This document shows positions 28,385-38,135 of a DNA stretch of 64,000 bases, piece after piece. The notes beneath the pieces were generated by a model. That model had not been told where the DNA came from, ran no database searches, and worked only from the letters and a program-made list of their open reading frames with translations. The stretch's first letter is position 1. Every line of letters begins with the position of its first letter. This DNA is from an uncultured Chloroflexia bacterium (GTDB lineage: Bacteria; Chloroflexota; Chloroflexia; QHBQ01; JADMIH01), in NCBI GenBank assembly GCA_963797095.1, contig CAWCNY010000002.1, forward strand, positions 1,184,001 to 1,248,000, given 5' to 3'. The position numbers and the translations under genes are program-made.

Positions 28385-28875
28385 GGCCACCTCCCGATCC
28401 TCTCCTTCGGAGAAAGGCACTGCTACTCTGCCAGATAGGCAAACCATTCAGGCCGCTCTACGGCGCGAGCGAAAACAGGTGGAAGCACGGCCAGGAACAA
28501 GACTGTTAGGCCAATCATACCACACTGTAATGGGCAATTGCATAGTCGCGTACAGTCCGCGCATCCCGCTGTATGTCTCCTTTGGCATGGCATTCGTGAC
28601 ACGCTCGATCAGAAAAAATCGAGCAATATTCGAGGAGCCAATTTAGCACAAACGTGCTAGAATGTGGGTAACAGTTTCCTGAAGAGGCAACGCATAATAA
28701 GCAAACTTTCGGTCACAAGGATTTGGGTCAGCAACATTACAGTGTACCTGGCATGCAAATTGCGGCTATCAGTTTGGTGGGTAGTCCCCACCTCGGCGCC
28801 CGTTCAAGCTGGTATGGAATGATGACACATACCCGAGCAGACACATTTTTCCCATGTCAGTATGAGGAGGTTCTT

Positions 28876-29292
28876 ATGAGCCCAAAGAAAGGATTCACAG
28901 ACGAGGAACGAAGCGCGGTGAAGCAGCGCGCTCGAGAGCTGAAGGCTGAGGCGGAGAAGGCGGACGGGGAAAGCGCCGTGCTCGCGTCGATCGCCGAGAT
29001 GCAGGAACCGGATCGCGTCATGGCCGAACGGCTCCATGCTATCATCAAAGCCAACGCGCCGGTCCTCACGCCGAAGACCTGGTACGGTATGCCAGCGTAT
29101 GCCAAGGACGGCAAGATCGTCTGCTTCTTCCAAAGTGCGCAGAAGTTCAAAACAAGGTACGCGACGCTCGGCTTCAACGAAAAGGCGAACCTCGATGAAG
29201 GTGGCATGTGGCCGGTTTACTTCGCGCTGAAGGAATTGACCGGCGCCGAAGAGGCAAGGATCGTCGCACTCTTGAAGAAAGCGGTGAGCTAA
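28876..29292 (+). CDS. DUF1801 (YdhG-like) protein
   Basis: [35 protein letters not shown]; RBS gaggagg. Confidence 0.85.
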   Translation: MSPKKGFTDEERSAVKQRARELKAEAEKADGESAVLASIAEMQEPDRVMAERLHAIIKANAPVLTPKTWYGMPAYAKDGKIVCFFQSAQKFKTRYATLGFNEKANLDEGGMWPVYFALKELTGAEEARIVALLKKAVS

Positions 29293-29344
29293 GGGCACCC
29301 GCGAGGAGTGCCCATAAGATTGCTCGTCTATTGCCCGGGGCTAG

Positions 29345-31255
29345 TTAGGGTCTCAGGTGCTCCTTGAAGAAGTCGGTGATCAAGTTGTAGGCCCTGACCC
29401 TGTTTTCCAGGCGCGTCACGTCGTGCCCTTCATTCTCGAACACGGTGTATTCAACGTTCTTGCCTATCGAGCGTAGGTGGGCCACAAGATCGTCGGAGTC
29501 GGCCTGCGTTACCCGCGAGTCATGCGCGCCTTGCAGCACAAGGAGAGGGCACTTCAGGTTGTCCATATAGGTGGCGGGCGAGCGCTCCCTGAGGAAATCG
29601 GCCTCGGTCTCCGGGTCACCCACAAGCGCCGCAAAGAACGGCTTCCAGGTGGCGGGCATTCTGTCCATATTCGTGATCAGGTCGTATGGGCCGAACATAT
29701 CGACCGCCGCCGCCCACTTATCGGGGTATCGCGCCGACAGCATTAGGGTCATATACCCGCCATACGAGCGCCCCATCACCCCTGCCTTGCTCACATCCAG
29801 CCTGGGATCTTTAGCGAGGATGCCGAGCGAGTGCATGTGGTCCTTGACATCATCTCCACCCCAATCGCGCTCCACCCGTTTCATATACTTCAACCCGTAC
29901 CCGGTCGAGCCGCGCACGTTCGGCACGAACACCGCGAAGCCGTTGAGCGTCAGATACTGGATAATAGGCATCGAGAACCACCCGAAATCGGGCCTCTCCT
30001 GGCCCTGTGGCCCTCCATGGATGTAGTACACCACAGGGCGCGCCCCCTTGAATCCCAACTCTTCTGCCGGTAGATAGAGCCTTGCCGACACCCTCAACCC
30101 GTCAAACGTTGTATACGAAGCGTCCTCGCCAGGCGAAAGCCATGCAGGCTTGATCCCCAGCACGCGCTCATTGGTATGGTGCACAACCTCGCTGCGGTCC
30201 TTCCCCTCCACCGTGTAAAGCTGTGTAGGTGAATCGGCTGTGGAGAAGGAGAGGGCGTAACGGTCGCTCTCCTTGTCATAGCTCATGGCCTGAATTACCC
30301 CATCTTCCAATTCGCCCTGCCCGCACACCACGTTATCGAGCGTCATGGTCAGCGCGTCCCGGTCGAACGTGCCCTCGTAGAGCCATGAGCATCCATCGAT
30401 GTTGTACTCGAGTGAGTAGCGGTTGTCGCGTAGATGGTGCAGGTGCGCAAGCTCGCCCGCGCCGGTGTGCTTCGTGCCGGTAGTCGTGACCTGCCGCACC
30501 TGGCCCGGTTCGCGAAGGTCCATATAGCCGAGGCTGTAGGCATCCTCGAAGATCGAGTTGGTGAACAGCAGCCCTCGGTCGTCAGGCGTGAAATATATCT
30601 CGTTGATGCTGTTAGGCTCGACCTTCTCACCCGGAGCGCGCTCCTCTACAGGTTTGCCGTAGAGCAGGTGTCGGGCCTCTTCGCCTACTTTTTGAAGATA
30701 CACTATGGTGTCGCCGCTGCCGTAGAAGTCGAACTTCACCACCTGCGAATTGTCGTGATTAGCAGCCGCCGGCAGGTTGCCGTAAGTGCTCTGGCCGAGC
30801 GATGACAACTCGCCCGTGGCGAGATCGATCCTGTAGGAGCGAAACATCGATTGGTGCTTATCTGCTACGCTCACATAGGCCAGGTTCTCGTCCTCGTCGA
30901 GCGTCGCGAGAAATGCCTGGTGTCCCTCGAACGTCTCTGCGGAGATCGGCTCAGGGAACCCACCTTCCAGCGGCACCAGCATGGGCTGGAACGCCTCGTC
31001 ACCGTCCTTATCGATCATCACCAGCACCTTGCCCAGCTTAGGGAAAACATAGAATGGCATGCTTTGCCCCAGCTTGGGGTTGAACAGGGCCAGGTCGGGC
31101 GGGAGCAAAGGCTCCGGCACACTCCCTCCATAGTTCATCCTGTAGAGGCTGTAGTGCCCCGACAGATTGCTGATGAAGTAGAGCTTCTCGTCCACAAGCT
31201 GCGGCGAGAAGAAGGCCCTCGCCGACAATAACGATTCGATCTTTATGGTTGCCAT
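29345..31255 (-). CDS. S9 family (prolyl oligopeptidase-like) peptidase
   Basis: IHGGPQ, NVRGSTGYG, GRSYGG nucleophile, GAHDSRV, ENEGH. Confidence 0.92.
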   Translation of the reverse strand: MATIKIESLLSARAFFSPQLVDEKLYFISNLSGHYSLYRMNYGGSVPEPLLPPDLALFNPKLGQSMPFYVFPKLGKVLVMIDKDGDEAFQPMLVPLEGGFPEPISAETFEGHQAFLATLDEDENLAYVSVADKHQSMFRSYRIDLATGELSSLGQSTYGNLPAAANHDNSQVVKFDFYGSGDTIVYLQKVGEEARHLLYGKPVEERAPGEKVEPNSINEIYFTPDDRGLLFTNSIFEDAYSLGYMDLREPGQVRQVTTTGTKHTGAGELAHLHHLRDNRYSLEYNIDGCSWLYEGTFDRDALTMTLDNVVCGQGELEDGVIQAMSYDKESDRYALSFSTADSPTQLYTVEGKDRSEVVHHTNERVLGIKPAWLSPGEDASYTTFDGLRVSARLYLPAEELGFKGARPVVYYIHGGPQGQERPDFGWFSMPIIQYLTLNGFAVFVPNVRGSTGYGLKYMKRVERDWGGDDVKDHMHSLGILAKDPRLDVSKAGVMGRSYGGYMTLMLSARYPDKWAAAVDMFGPYDLITNMDRMPATWKPFFAALVGDPETEADFLRERSPATYMDNLKCPLLVLQGAHDSRVTQADSDDLVAHLRSIGKNVEYTVFENEGHDVTRLENRVRAYNLITDFFKEHLRP

Positions 31256-31317
31256 TGTTGATCTCCTGTTGTGTTTGGTAGTCGTTAGTCGGTAGTCAGA
31301 ATCAGAAACCAATCGCT

Positions 31318-31352
31318 ACCCGTCACCCGTCACCCGTCACCCGTCACCCGTC
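31318..31352. repeat. Heptamer tandem repeat (acccgtc)x5
   Basis: Five perfect units, intergenic. Confidence 0.9.
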
Positions 31353-31358
31353 CTCCGA

Positions 31359-32711
31359 CTACACACTTCCCAGGCTGCCTGCGGGCATTTCGCCCGATGG
31401 AGCTACCTGGCCGCTTCTTCCTGGTGCTTTCATTATCGCCGCGAACACTACTCCTGCCAATAGGGTCAGGATACCGCCCGCAAGGAAGACGTTGCGCACG
31501 CCCACGACCTCGGCAAAGGTGCCTGCCAGCCCCATCGAAACGAGCTGCGAGATCGAGATAACGGAGTTGAGGGCCGCGCTCACTCTGCCGCGCATCTTGT
31601 TGTCGACGCTGGTTTGCATGATAGTAGATATGCCCGCCTGTATGGGCGTTATCAGCAAGCCCGCTCCAAAGAGGATGACACCCAGCACGATCAGGTTGCT
31701 CGCGAACGCTATAGCTCCGATCACCAAACCCAGCAGGGTGAGCGCGCCACTCACAAGGCTTGTCGGCTTGAGCCGGGCGGCCAGCACCGCTATCAGGCTG
31801 CCGCTCACGATCATGGCCGAAGTCTGCGCGAGCTCGATCAAGCCGAACCACGTGGCCGGTAGCTTCATATCGTTGATGATCAGGGGCACCAGCAGCACGT
31901 TCACCGCGCCCAGGCCAAGCATTGTCACCGCCATACCGACCAGCGTGCCAATCAGAGTGCGCGAGCGCCCGATGATCTTCATGCCATCGCCTAGCTGGCT
32001 CAAGACCGCTCGCATGTTACCTTTCTCTCCCGGCTCTGCGACGTGCGCCGGGGCCTTGATCCGCCATATTAACAAGGCCGATGCGAAGAAGGTAGCCGAG
32101 TCGATTACGATCGGTATCCATAACTCATGCGACAGGCCGATCAGCACGCCCGCCGCGCTCGTGCCCAGCAGCCCGAAGATCACACGGCTGGTCTGCGATA
32201 CCGAGTTGGCCTGTAGCAGCGCCGATTGCGGCACGATGTTCGGGATGAGCGCGCTACGGGCGGGTGTAAACAGCGTGCCGACCGTCGCCTGGAGGAACCC
32301 GATCACATACATCAGCCACAGGTAATCGGCTGTGCCCAGAAGGGCCACTCCTGCGAAGCCGAGCACAAGCGTGCCACGCACGATGTCCGACACCACCATT
32401 ATCCGCTTGCGGTCGAGCCTGTCAACGTACACGCCTGCAACAAGCCCCAGCGTGACCTGCGGGATCAGCAGCACGATGAACATGGTGGCGATGGCCGCAG
32501 CCGAGCCTGTGATCTGGTTGACCAGGATCAGCAGCGCCAGCAGCGTCAGGCTGTCCCCGAAATCCGAGATGATCTGCCCAAGCCACAGGAACCTGTAGTT
32601 GCGGTTCTTCAACAGGTCTTTCAGCCCGGCGGGTTTTTCCGCTCCCTCTTCCATTTCCATTTCCATTTCCATTTCCATTTCCTTTTCTCTTTCTGCGCTT
32701 TGAGTGCTCAC
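31359..32711 (-). CDS. MFS transporter (DHA3-like)
   Basis: FLWLGQIISDFGD, AGVYVDRLDRKRIMVVSD, about 12 TM helices, MRGRV. N-terminal (EM)n from ttccat repeats. Confidence 0.9.
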   Translation of the reverse strand: MSTQSAEREKEMEMEMEMEMEEGAEKPAGLKDLLKNRNYRFLWLGQIISDFGDSLTLLALLILVNQITGSAAAIATMFIVLLIPQVTLGLVAGVYVDRLDRKRIMVVSDIVRGTLVLGFAGVALLGTADYLWLMYVIGFLQATVGTLFTPARSALIPNIVPQSALLQANSVSQTSRVIFGLLGTSAAGVLIGLSHELWIPIVIDSATFFASALLIWRIKAPAHVAEPGEKGNMRAVLSQLGDGMKIIGRSRTLIGTLVGMAVTMLGLGAVNVLLVPLIINDMKLPATWFGLIELAQTSAMIVSGSLIAVLAARLKPTSLVSGALTLLGLVIGAIAFASNLIVLGVILFGAGLLITPIQAGISTIMQTSVDNKMRGRVSAALNSVISISQLVSMGLAGTFAEVVGVRNVFLAGGILTLLAGVVFAAIMKAPGRSGQVAPSGEMPAGSLGSV

Positions 32712-32842
32712 CTTCTTCCTCCTCTTACCTTTCGCAGGGTGCAACTAACCGGCCCCGTGCATAACGCGCCGGGAAAACACGTCCGAATTGCCTTTTCACT
32801 TTTCCGTGAGTAATATTAGGAAGGTCGTTGAGAGGGTGTTAC

Positions 32843-33529
32843 TCAGTCAATGTTGATAGTGGTCCTGTTGTTGGGTATGTCCTCCACCATTGGAAAGAGC
32901 GCCACCGTAAAGCCGTATGTCCTCAGCGTTTCATCTTCTTCATCTGGCGTGCCCTCGTTTATGTGGAGGTTAAACTCTTTGGCGAGTGCTAAAAGCCGCT
33001 CCTGGAATTCGCCCACTCCTTCGGGCGTCAGCTTGGTGATCGACCTGAAGATTATGCCGTTGCGCTTGATAGGATCGCCTGCGCCTGGGGTCATAAGCCC
33101 TTTGTCGATGGCGTTGCGCACATCGTCGCGTGTCGAGTCGAACACCACGTGCAGCATCATATCCACAGGCCCGCCCTCTTCGGCCGGGTTTATGGCCAGC
33201 AGCGATTTGTCAACGTCAAAGCTGTATGCCCTGGTCCTGTACTGCTTCTCGATTATGCCCGACACGATCCTCTGGCTAACAACCCTTATCAGCCCATGTT
33301 CTTCCATCAAGTTGATGTGGTAGTACAGCTTGGTAGCTGTGAGCCCCAACCTGGCGGCAACTTCCTTCACGGTCATTGCTTTCACAACCAGTGTTTCCAG
33401 TATCCGAAGCCGTATCGGGTCCGAAACAACCTTGAGGGTCTCCAGGCTGCTGACTACGTACTCTTTCTCAGGCTCGAAAGTCTCTTCAAACGTTTGTATC
33501 TCGTCAGTCATTACAACTCCGTTCACCAT
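32843..33529 (-). CDS. ArsR-like winged-helix transcriptional regulator
   Basis: LKVVSDPIRLRILETL...MTVKEVAARLG...LYYHINLMEEHGLI...GIIEKQY. Heads the regulator-MFS-S9 operon; the start may be 33511. Confidence 0.85.
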   Translation of the reverse strand: MVNGVVMTDEIQTFEETFEPEKEYVVSSLETLKVVSDPIRLRILETLVVKAMTVKEVAARLGLTATKLYYHINLMEEHGLIRVVSQRIVSGIIEKQYRTRAYSFDVDKSLLAINPAEEGGPVDMMLHVVFDSTRDDVRNAIDKGLMTPGAGDPIKRNGIIFRSITKLTPEGVGEFQERLLALAKEFNLHINEGTPDEEDETLRTYGFTVALFPMVEDIPNNRTTINID

Positions 33530-33616
33530 TCAAACTTTCTTAAATGATATATAACTCATAAATGGCTGGTTGTCAATAGGTTTGGCGAAAATTGCTCAAA
33601 ATTGCTAATATAGCCC

Positions 33617-35965
33617 ATGCTCCGCAAAGTAGTAGTTGTCTTCAAGACCCATTTTGACCTCGGTTTTACCGGCCTGCCCGACGAGGTGATGCGCGCCTAC
33701 ACAGGCCCGATGTTCGAGGCCGTCCGCAAAACGATGGACGCCACGGCCAACGAGCCGCCCAACCTGCGCTACCGCTGGACCCTCCCGGCGTGGCCCCTCC
33801 GCTTCCTATTGAACGATCCTTCGGTTCCGCTCGAAACGCGGCAGGCAGCCCACAAACTGGTCGAGAAAGGCCGCCTCAACTGGCACGCCTGGCCCTTCAC
33901 GACACACACCGCCTTCTGCGGTCTCGAAGACCTTGTGCGCGGATTGCACATCTCCCGCTCTCTCTCCGAGGAGTTCGGGCGCTGGCCCACGGGCGCGAAG
34001 CAGACCGATGTGCCCGGCCACACCTGGATCTTCCCCACTTTGCTCACCCAGGCGGGCGTGAAGTTCCTGCACCTGGGCTGCAACTCAGGCAGTCACTCCC
34101 CCCATGTGCCGCCCTTCTTCTGGTGGGAAGGCCCCGATGGCTCGCGCCTCCTTACTTTCTACTCACCCGGCGGCTACGGCACGCCCCTCCTCCCGCCCGA
34201 CGACTGGCCCTACGACACATGGCTCTCTCTCCAACAGACAGTTGACAACCACGGCCCCCACACGCCCGAAGAGCTACACCGCATCCGCCACACGATTGAG
34301 CAGGGCGCGCCCGGAGCCGAGATCCTCTTCGGGCAGCTAGGCGATTTCTCCGACTCCCTCTTCGAGCACCCCGAACAACTGAGCGACCTCCCCGTCGTCC
34401 CCTTTGACCTGGCCGACACCTGGATACATGGGGTAGGGACCATGCCCCGCGAGGTAGCCCGCGTTCGCGACCTACGTGCCAAACTGCTTGAACTTGAATG
34501 TGCCCTGGCAGAGCACGAATGGTCCAACGCCGACAATTTCCCCCTTGCCTGCAAAGTCGCTCCTATGATTGACGCCGCCTACGAGCAACTGCTCCTCTTT
34601 GGCGAGCACACCTGGGGCCTCGACGTAAAATCGACCATCAAGCGCGCCTACGGCGACGACTTCAAGCACGCCCTCACTACCGGACCATACAAGCGCCTGG
34701 AAGAGTCCTGGGTAGCGAAAGCCGCCTACGCGCATCGGGCCGAAGCATTCTACAACCAGGCACTTCAGATTGCACAGGAAAGCGTCTTTATTGGACCGCC
34801 CTACGAACAGGAAACAAGCCCCACCCCGCAAGGCGATCTCCCCGACAACGTGCTGGAAAACAGCTGGTTCAGGCTGGAAGTCGACCCCGCCACCGGCGGC
34901 ATAACCTCTTTGCTCGACAAGCGCACCGGGCGCGATTGGGTGGACAAACAGAGCCACGAGCCATTCAGCGCCTACCGCTTCGACCTCTACTCGGTTACCG
35001 ATATAGCCGAGTTCCTTCGCGCCTATGGCCTCTATTTCCAGGATTGGTTCGTGCAGGACTTCGGCAAGCAAGGCTACCCTGAGTATTCCACTCACATTAC
35101 GGCCTACGCACGCGACTTCAAGCTATCCAGGAGCGGCCAGACGATCACCTTGAGCGGCGGCCATCTGAAGGCACGGGAAGCTCACAACTTAGCTCTGCCC
35201 AAACAAACCATCTCAATAGAGATCACCCTACCGGAGTCCGAGGCCATTGTTGACATAACATTCAAAGTTGAGGGCAAAGAAGCCACACCGCTTGCGGAAA
35301 GCACCGTTGTGCCTCTTCCTCTAAATCTCGCGAAACCCACCTTCAGGCTTGGGCAAACAGGCTCCGTGATGGACCCCTCACGCGATATTGCCGCAGGCGC
35401 GAACCGCAATCTCTGGTGCGCCGGTTGGCTCGACATCTCCGATGATAGGTTAGGCCTATCTGTCATACCTCACGATATGCCCCTCCTCTCCATCGGCGAC
35501 ACAGGCATCTATCGCTTCGAGCCTGAGCGTGCTCCATCCGAGCCGGTGGTATACGCCCACCTCTCGAATACGCAGTGGGGCACGAATTTCCCGCAGTGGC
35601 TAGAGGGCGATTACAATTGGCGTATACAGCTCATGCCTCACACCGGCGATTGGCGCAGGAGCATGCTCTGGTATGTAGAACGCCAACTGCCCTTCGTGAC
35701 GCCCCTGGGTCTCGTGCTGCAAGGCATACGCCCCAGGCACGACGGACCCGGCCTCATTCTGCGCTTCTGGAACTCGCTGGGCGAGCACGATACCGGCAGT
35801 CCTCTGGTCCTGTCGCACCCCGCGAAATCGGTCTGGCTCTGCGACCTGCTGGAACGCCCCATCCAGCAACTTCCAGTCCTCCCCTGGGACGACAACGCCA
35901 TAGTCGCCGATATACCCTCTGCGCCCCACGCCATCCAAACCCTCCTGATAGAATTCGACCAGTAA
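33617..35965 (+). CDS. GH38-like / DUF5054-like glycoside hydrolase
   Basis: VFKTHFDLGFT, QTDVPGHTW, FWWEGPDGSRLL, DTWIHGVG, FGEHTWG, NTQWGTNFPQW. Confidence 0.75.
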   Translation: MLRKVVVVFKTHFDLGFTGLPDEVMRAYTGPMFEAVRKTMDATANEPPNLRYRWTLPAWPLRFLLNDPSVPLETRQAAHKLVEKGRLNWHAWPFTTHTAFCGLEDLVRGLHISRSLSEEFGRWPTGAKQTDVPGHTWIFPTLLTQAGVKFLHLGCNSGSHSPHVPPFFWWEGPDGSRLLTFYSPGGYGTPLLPPDDWPYDTWLSLQQTVDNHGPHTPEELHRIRHTIEQGAPGAEILFGQLGDFSDSLFEHPEQLSDLPVVPFDLADTWIHGVGTMPREVARVRDLRAKLLELECALAEHEWSNADNFPLACKVAPMIDAAYEQLLLFGEHTWGLDVKSTIKRAYGDDFKHALTTGPYKRLEESWVAKAAYAHRAEAFYNQALQIAQESVFIGPPYEQETSPTPQGDLPDNVLENSWFRLEVDPATGGITSLLDKRTGRDWVDKQSHEPFSAYRFDLYSVTDIAEFLRAYGLYFQDWFVQDFGKQGYPEYSTHITAYARDFKLSRSGQTITLSGGHLKAREAHNLALPKQTISIEITLPESEAIVDITFKVEGKEATPLAESTVVPLPLNLAKPTFRLGQTGSVMDPSRDIAAGANRNLWCAGWLDISDDRLGLSVIPHDMPLLSIGDTGIYRFEPERAPSEPVVYAHLSNTQWGTNFPQWLEGDYNWRIQLMPHTGDWRRSMLWYVERQLPFVTPLGLVLQGIRPRHDGPGLILRFWNSLGEHDTGSPLVLSHPAKSVWLCDLLERPIQQLPVLPWDDNAIVADIPSAPHAIQTLLIEFDQ

Positions 35966-36005
35966 TCAGCAAGCAATACGAAGTACGCAATATGAAGTAC
36001 GCAAT

Positions 36006-36515
36006 ATGAAAATCATCCTCCTCGCCGTCCTCACCCTCGACGGCAAGATCGCCCGCAACGACCATCATCTTTCCAACTGGTCGTCCAAAGAGGACAAGCG
36101 TATCTTCTCGGCTGCCACGCGCAAAGCAGGCGTGCTCATCCTCGGCAACAATACCTTCAAGACCCTCTCCGCACCCCTCCCAGGCAGGCTCCATGTAGTC
36201 CTCACCTCCAACACCTCCGACAAGACGGGTGTGCCTGGCGTAGTCGAATACACCAGTGCCACCCCCCACGAAATAGCCGCCGGCCTGGAAGCGCGTGGCT
36301 ACATCGAAGCCATTCTTGCGGGAGGCTCTCTGGTCTATACCCTCTTCCTCAAAGCCGGGTTTATAGATGAACTCTGGCTCACCATCGAACCGATTGTGTT
36401 CGGCTCAGGCATAGACCTCTTTGCGGGCGAATCTCTCGACGTGCGCGCGCGCTTGATCTATTTGGAAAAACTGAACGAGGCCGGATCGCTCCACCTGCGC
36501 TACAGTTTGCGCTGA
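36006..36515 (+). CDS. Dihydrofolate reductase family protein
   Basis: TLDGKIA, WSSKEDKRIF, LGNNTF, PLPGR, AGGSLVY, IDELWLTIEP..FGSG. Confidence 0.85.
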   Translation: MKIILLAVLTLDGKIARNDHHLSNWSSKEDKRIFSAATRKAGVLILGNNTFKTLSAPLPGRLHVVLTSNTSDKTGVPGVVEYTSATPHEIAAGLEARGYIEAILAGGSLVYTLFLKAGFIDELWLTIEPIVFGSGIDLFAGESLDVRARLIYLEKLNEAGSLHLRYSLR

Positions 36516-36550
36516 GCATGTGTGTTTGCTATAATAGTTGAGCCTGAGCT

Positions 36551-37237
36551 ATGAAACACAAAGACGCGGAATACGAGCGGGCAAGAGCCTTACACGAGCA
36601 AGGCTATTCGATTAGAGAGATATGCAAGTTAGTGGATGCCGCAAAAGGCAGCATTAGCATATGGGTCAGAGATATATCTCTTTCTCAAGAGCAGTTACAG
36701 AGGCCAGGCAATAATCGAGTTATAGCACGCGAGAAGGCGAGGGCAACAGTTCTCGCGAACCGAAATAAGAGGATTGCGCAGTACTACAAGGAAGCTGAGG
36801 AGGAATTTAGAGTTCTGCGCCAGGATCCAGAATTCATGTTTGGTCTGGCACTGTATATCGGGGAAGGATACAAGGGCCCGAATACTGAGGTGGGATTCAT
36901 AAACTGGAACCCTCAAGTCGTTCTCAAAGCCTTGGAGTTCTTTGCGAGAATAGGTGTTGCAAAATCGCACATAAGATGTAGAATAACTCTGCATCCGACA
37001 CAAAATAAAGAAGAAGCCGAAGCATTCTGGAGCAAAACACTAGATATCCCGCTGACTCAATTCAACCAAACTTATCAGGCTATTAGTCCTGGAAGCAGAG
37101 GGAAGCGGGGCCAGAAATGGCCCCATGGTGGGTGTACTATTAGGGCTTACTCGGTTAGCCTTAAGCACAAATTGAATAGGTGGATGGAATTATCTCTCCT
37201 AGAGAGTAACCAAAATGGGCCTGTGGCGCAGCGGTAG
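36551..37237 (+). CDS. HTH-domain protein with possible LAGLIDADG-like C-terminal domain; overlaps tRNA 5' end
   Basis: GYSIREICKLVDAAKGSISIWVRD (HTH), GLALYIGEGYK, FINWNP, EAFWS. Visibly lower GC than the flanks. Stop codon lies inside the tRNA. Confidence 0.7.
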   Translation: MKHKDAEYERARALHEQGYSIREICKLVDAAKGSISIWVRDISLSQEQLQRPGNNRVIAREKARATVLANRNKRIAQYYKEAEEEFRVLRQDPEFMFGLALYIGEGYKGPNTEVGFINWNPQVVLKALEFFARIGVAKSHIRCRITLHPTQNKEEAEAFWSKTLDIPLTQFNQTYQAISPGSRGKRGQKWPHGGCTIRAYSVSLKHKLNRWMELSLLESNQNGPVAQR

Positions 37238-37291
37238 CGCAGGTGACTCATAATCACTTGGTCGTAGGTTCGAATCCTACCGGGCCCACCA
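37217..37291 (+). tRNA. tRNA with CAT anticodon, probably tRNA-Ile2 (lysidine type)
   Basis: gggcctg/cgggccc acceptor stem, ggtga-ctcataa-tcact anticodon arm, gtagg-ttcgaat-cctac T arm, encoded CCA. Lacks the initiator GGG/CCC anticodon stem and resembles ileX-type sequences. Confidence 0.92.
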
Positions 37292-37337
37292 AATGAAAGA
37301 GGAGGTTTGGCTTTGTGCAAACCTCCTCTTTCATTTC
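37291..37337. terminator. Bidirectional intrinsic terminator
   Basis: aaatgaaagaggaggtttg...caaacctcctctttcattt. Confidence 0.8.
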
Positions 37338-37353
37338 CGGCGAGTGACGAATC

Positions 37354-37956
37354 CTACAGGGTCACATTGCTCGTATCACGCGTGTACTGCCCGGCCATCC
37401 GGCCATCGTGCTTCCCTTCCGCAAACTCCTCGATCATCTTCCGGTTGAAAGCCGGGATGTCGTCGGGCTTGCGGCTCGTCACGATGCCGTTATCCGTCAC
37501 CACCTCCTGGTCGACCCAGTAGGCTCCGGCGTTCTTCAAGTCGGTCTGTAGCGATGGGTACGATGTCATTGTGCGCCCATTCACCGCGCCCGCCTCGATC
37601 AATGTCCAGGGGCCGTGGCAGATCGCTGCGATGGGCTTGTTCGTGTCTACGAACGCCTTCACAAACTGCACAGCTTGCTGGTTCATGCGCAGCTTGTCAG
37701 GGTTCATCACCCCGCCGGGCAACAGCAGCGCGTCGTAATTATACGCGTTAGCGTTGCTCAGAGGCACATCCACCGGGAACTGGTCGCCCCAATCGGTGTG
37801 CTGCCACGCCTTCACCATCCCACCTTCCGCTGGCGATACCAGCACCGTTTCCGCACCTGCTTCCTGGAGAGCCTTCCTCGGCTCTGTCATTTCGACCTGC
37901 TCGAAACCGTTGGTCACCAGAATCGCTACTTTCTTTCCGTTCAATTTGTCGGCCAT
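37354..37956 (-). CDS. PfpI/DJ-1 family (YhbO-like) glutamine amidotransferase-like protein
   Basis: GFEQVEM, LLLPGGVMNPDKLR, AAICHGPW, TSRKPDDIPAF. Confidence 0.92.
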   Translation of the reverse strand: MADKLNGKKVAILVTNGFEQVEMTEPRKALQEAGAETVLVSPAEGGMVKAWQHTDWGDQFPVDVPLSNANAYNYDALLLPGGVMNPDKLRMNQQAVQFVKAFVDTNKPIAAICHGPWTLIEAGAVNGRTMTSYPSLQTDLKNAGAYWVDQEVVTDNGIVTSRKPDDIPAFNRKMIEEFAEGKHDGRMAGQYTRDTSNVTL

Positions 37957-38084
37957 CTAAATACCTCCTTTTTAGTGCATGGTGTTTCGAAACGTATTGG
38001 TGTGATGCCATGCACATCTATATCGTAGCAATCCGCGTGCCCACGATGGACGACAGGCCGCCGACGATGATAAAATGCGATTGC

Positions 38085-38119
38085 CACTCGTCACTCGTCA
38101 CTCGTCACTCGTCACTCGT
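38085..38119. repeat. Heptamer tandem repeat (cactcgt)x5
   Basis: Five perfect units just upstream of an RBS. Confidence 0.9.
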
Positions 38120-38135
38120 CCATCAGGAGCCAGCC

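Noticed and set aside
29345-33529. S9 peptidase and MFS exporter as maturation/export genes for the ComX-like peptide
   Set aside because: They form their own ArsR-led operon on the opposite strand, 4 kb away behind unrelated genes; nothing in the sequence links them to the cassette.
37217-37337. tRNA as attachment site of a prophage or integrative element
   Set aside because: No integrase and no duplicated tRNA 3' end was seen in the window.
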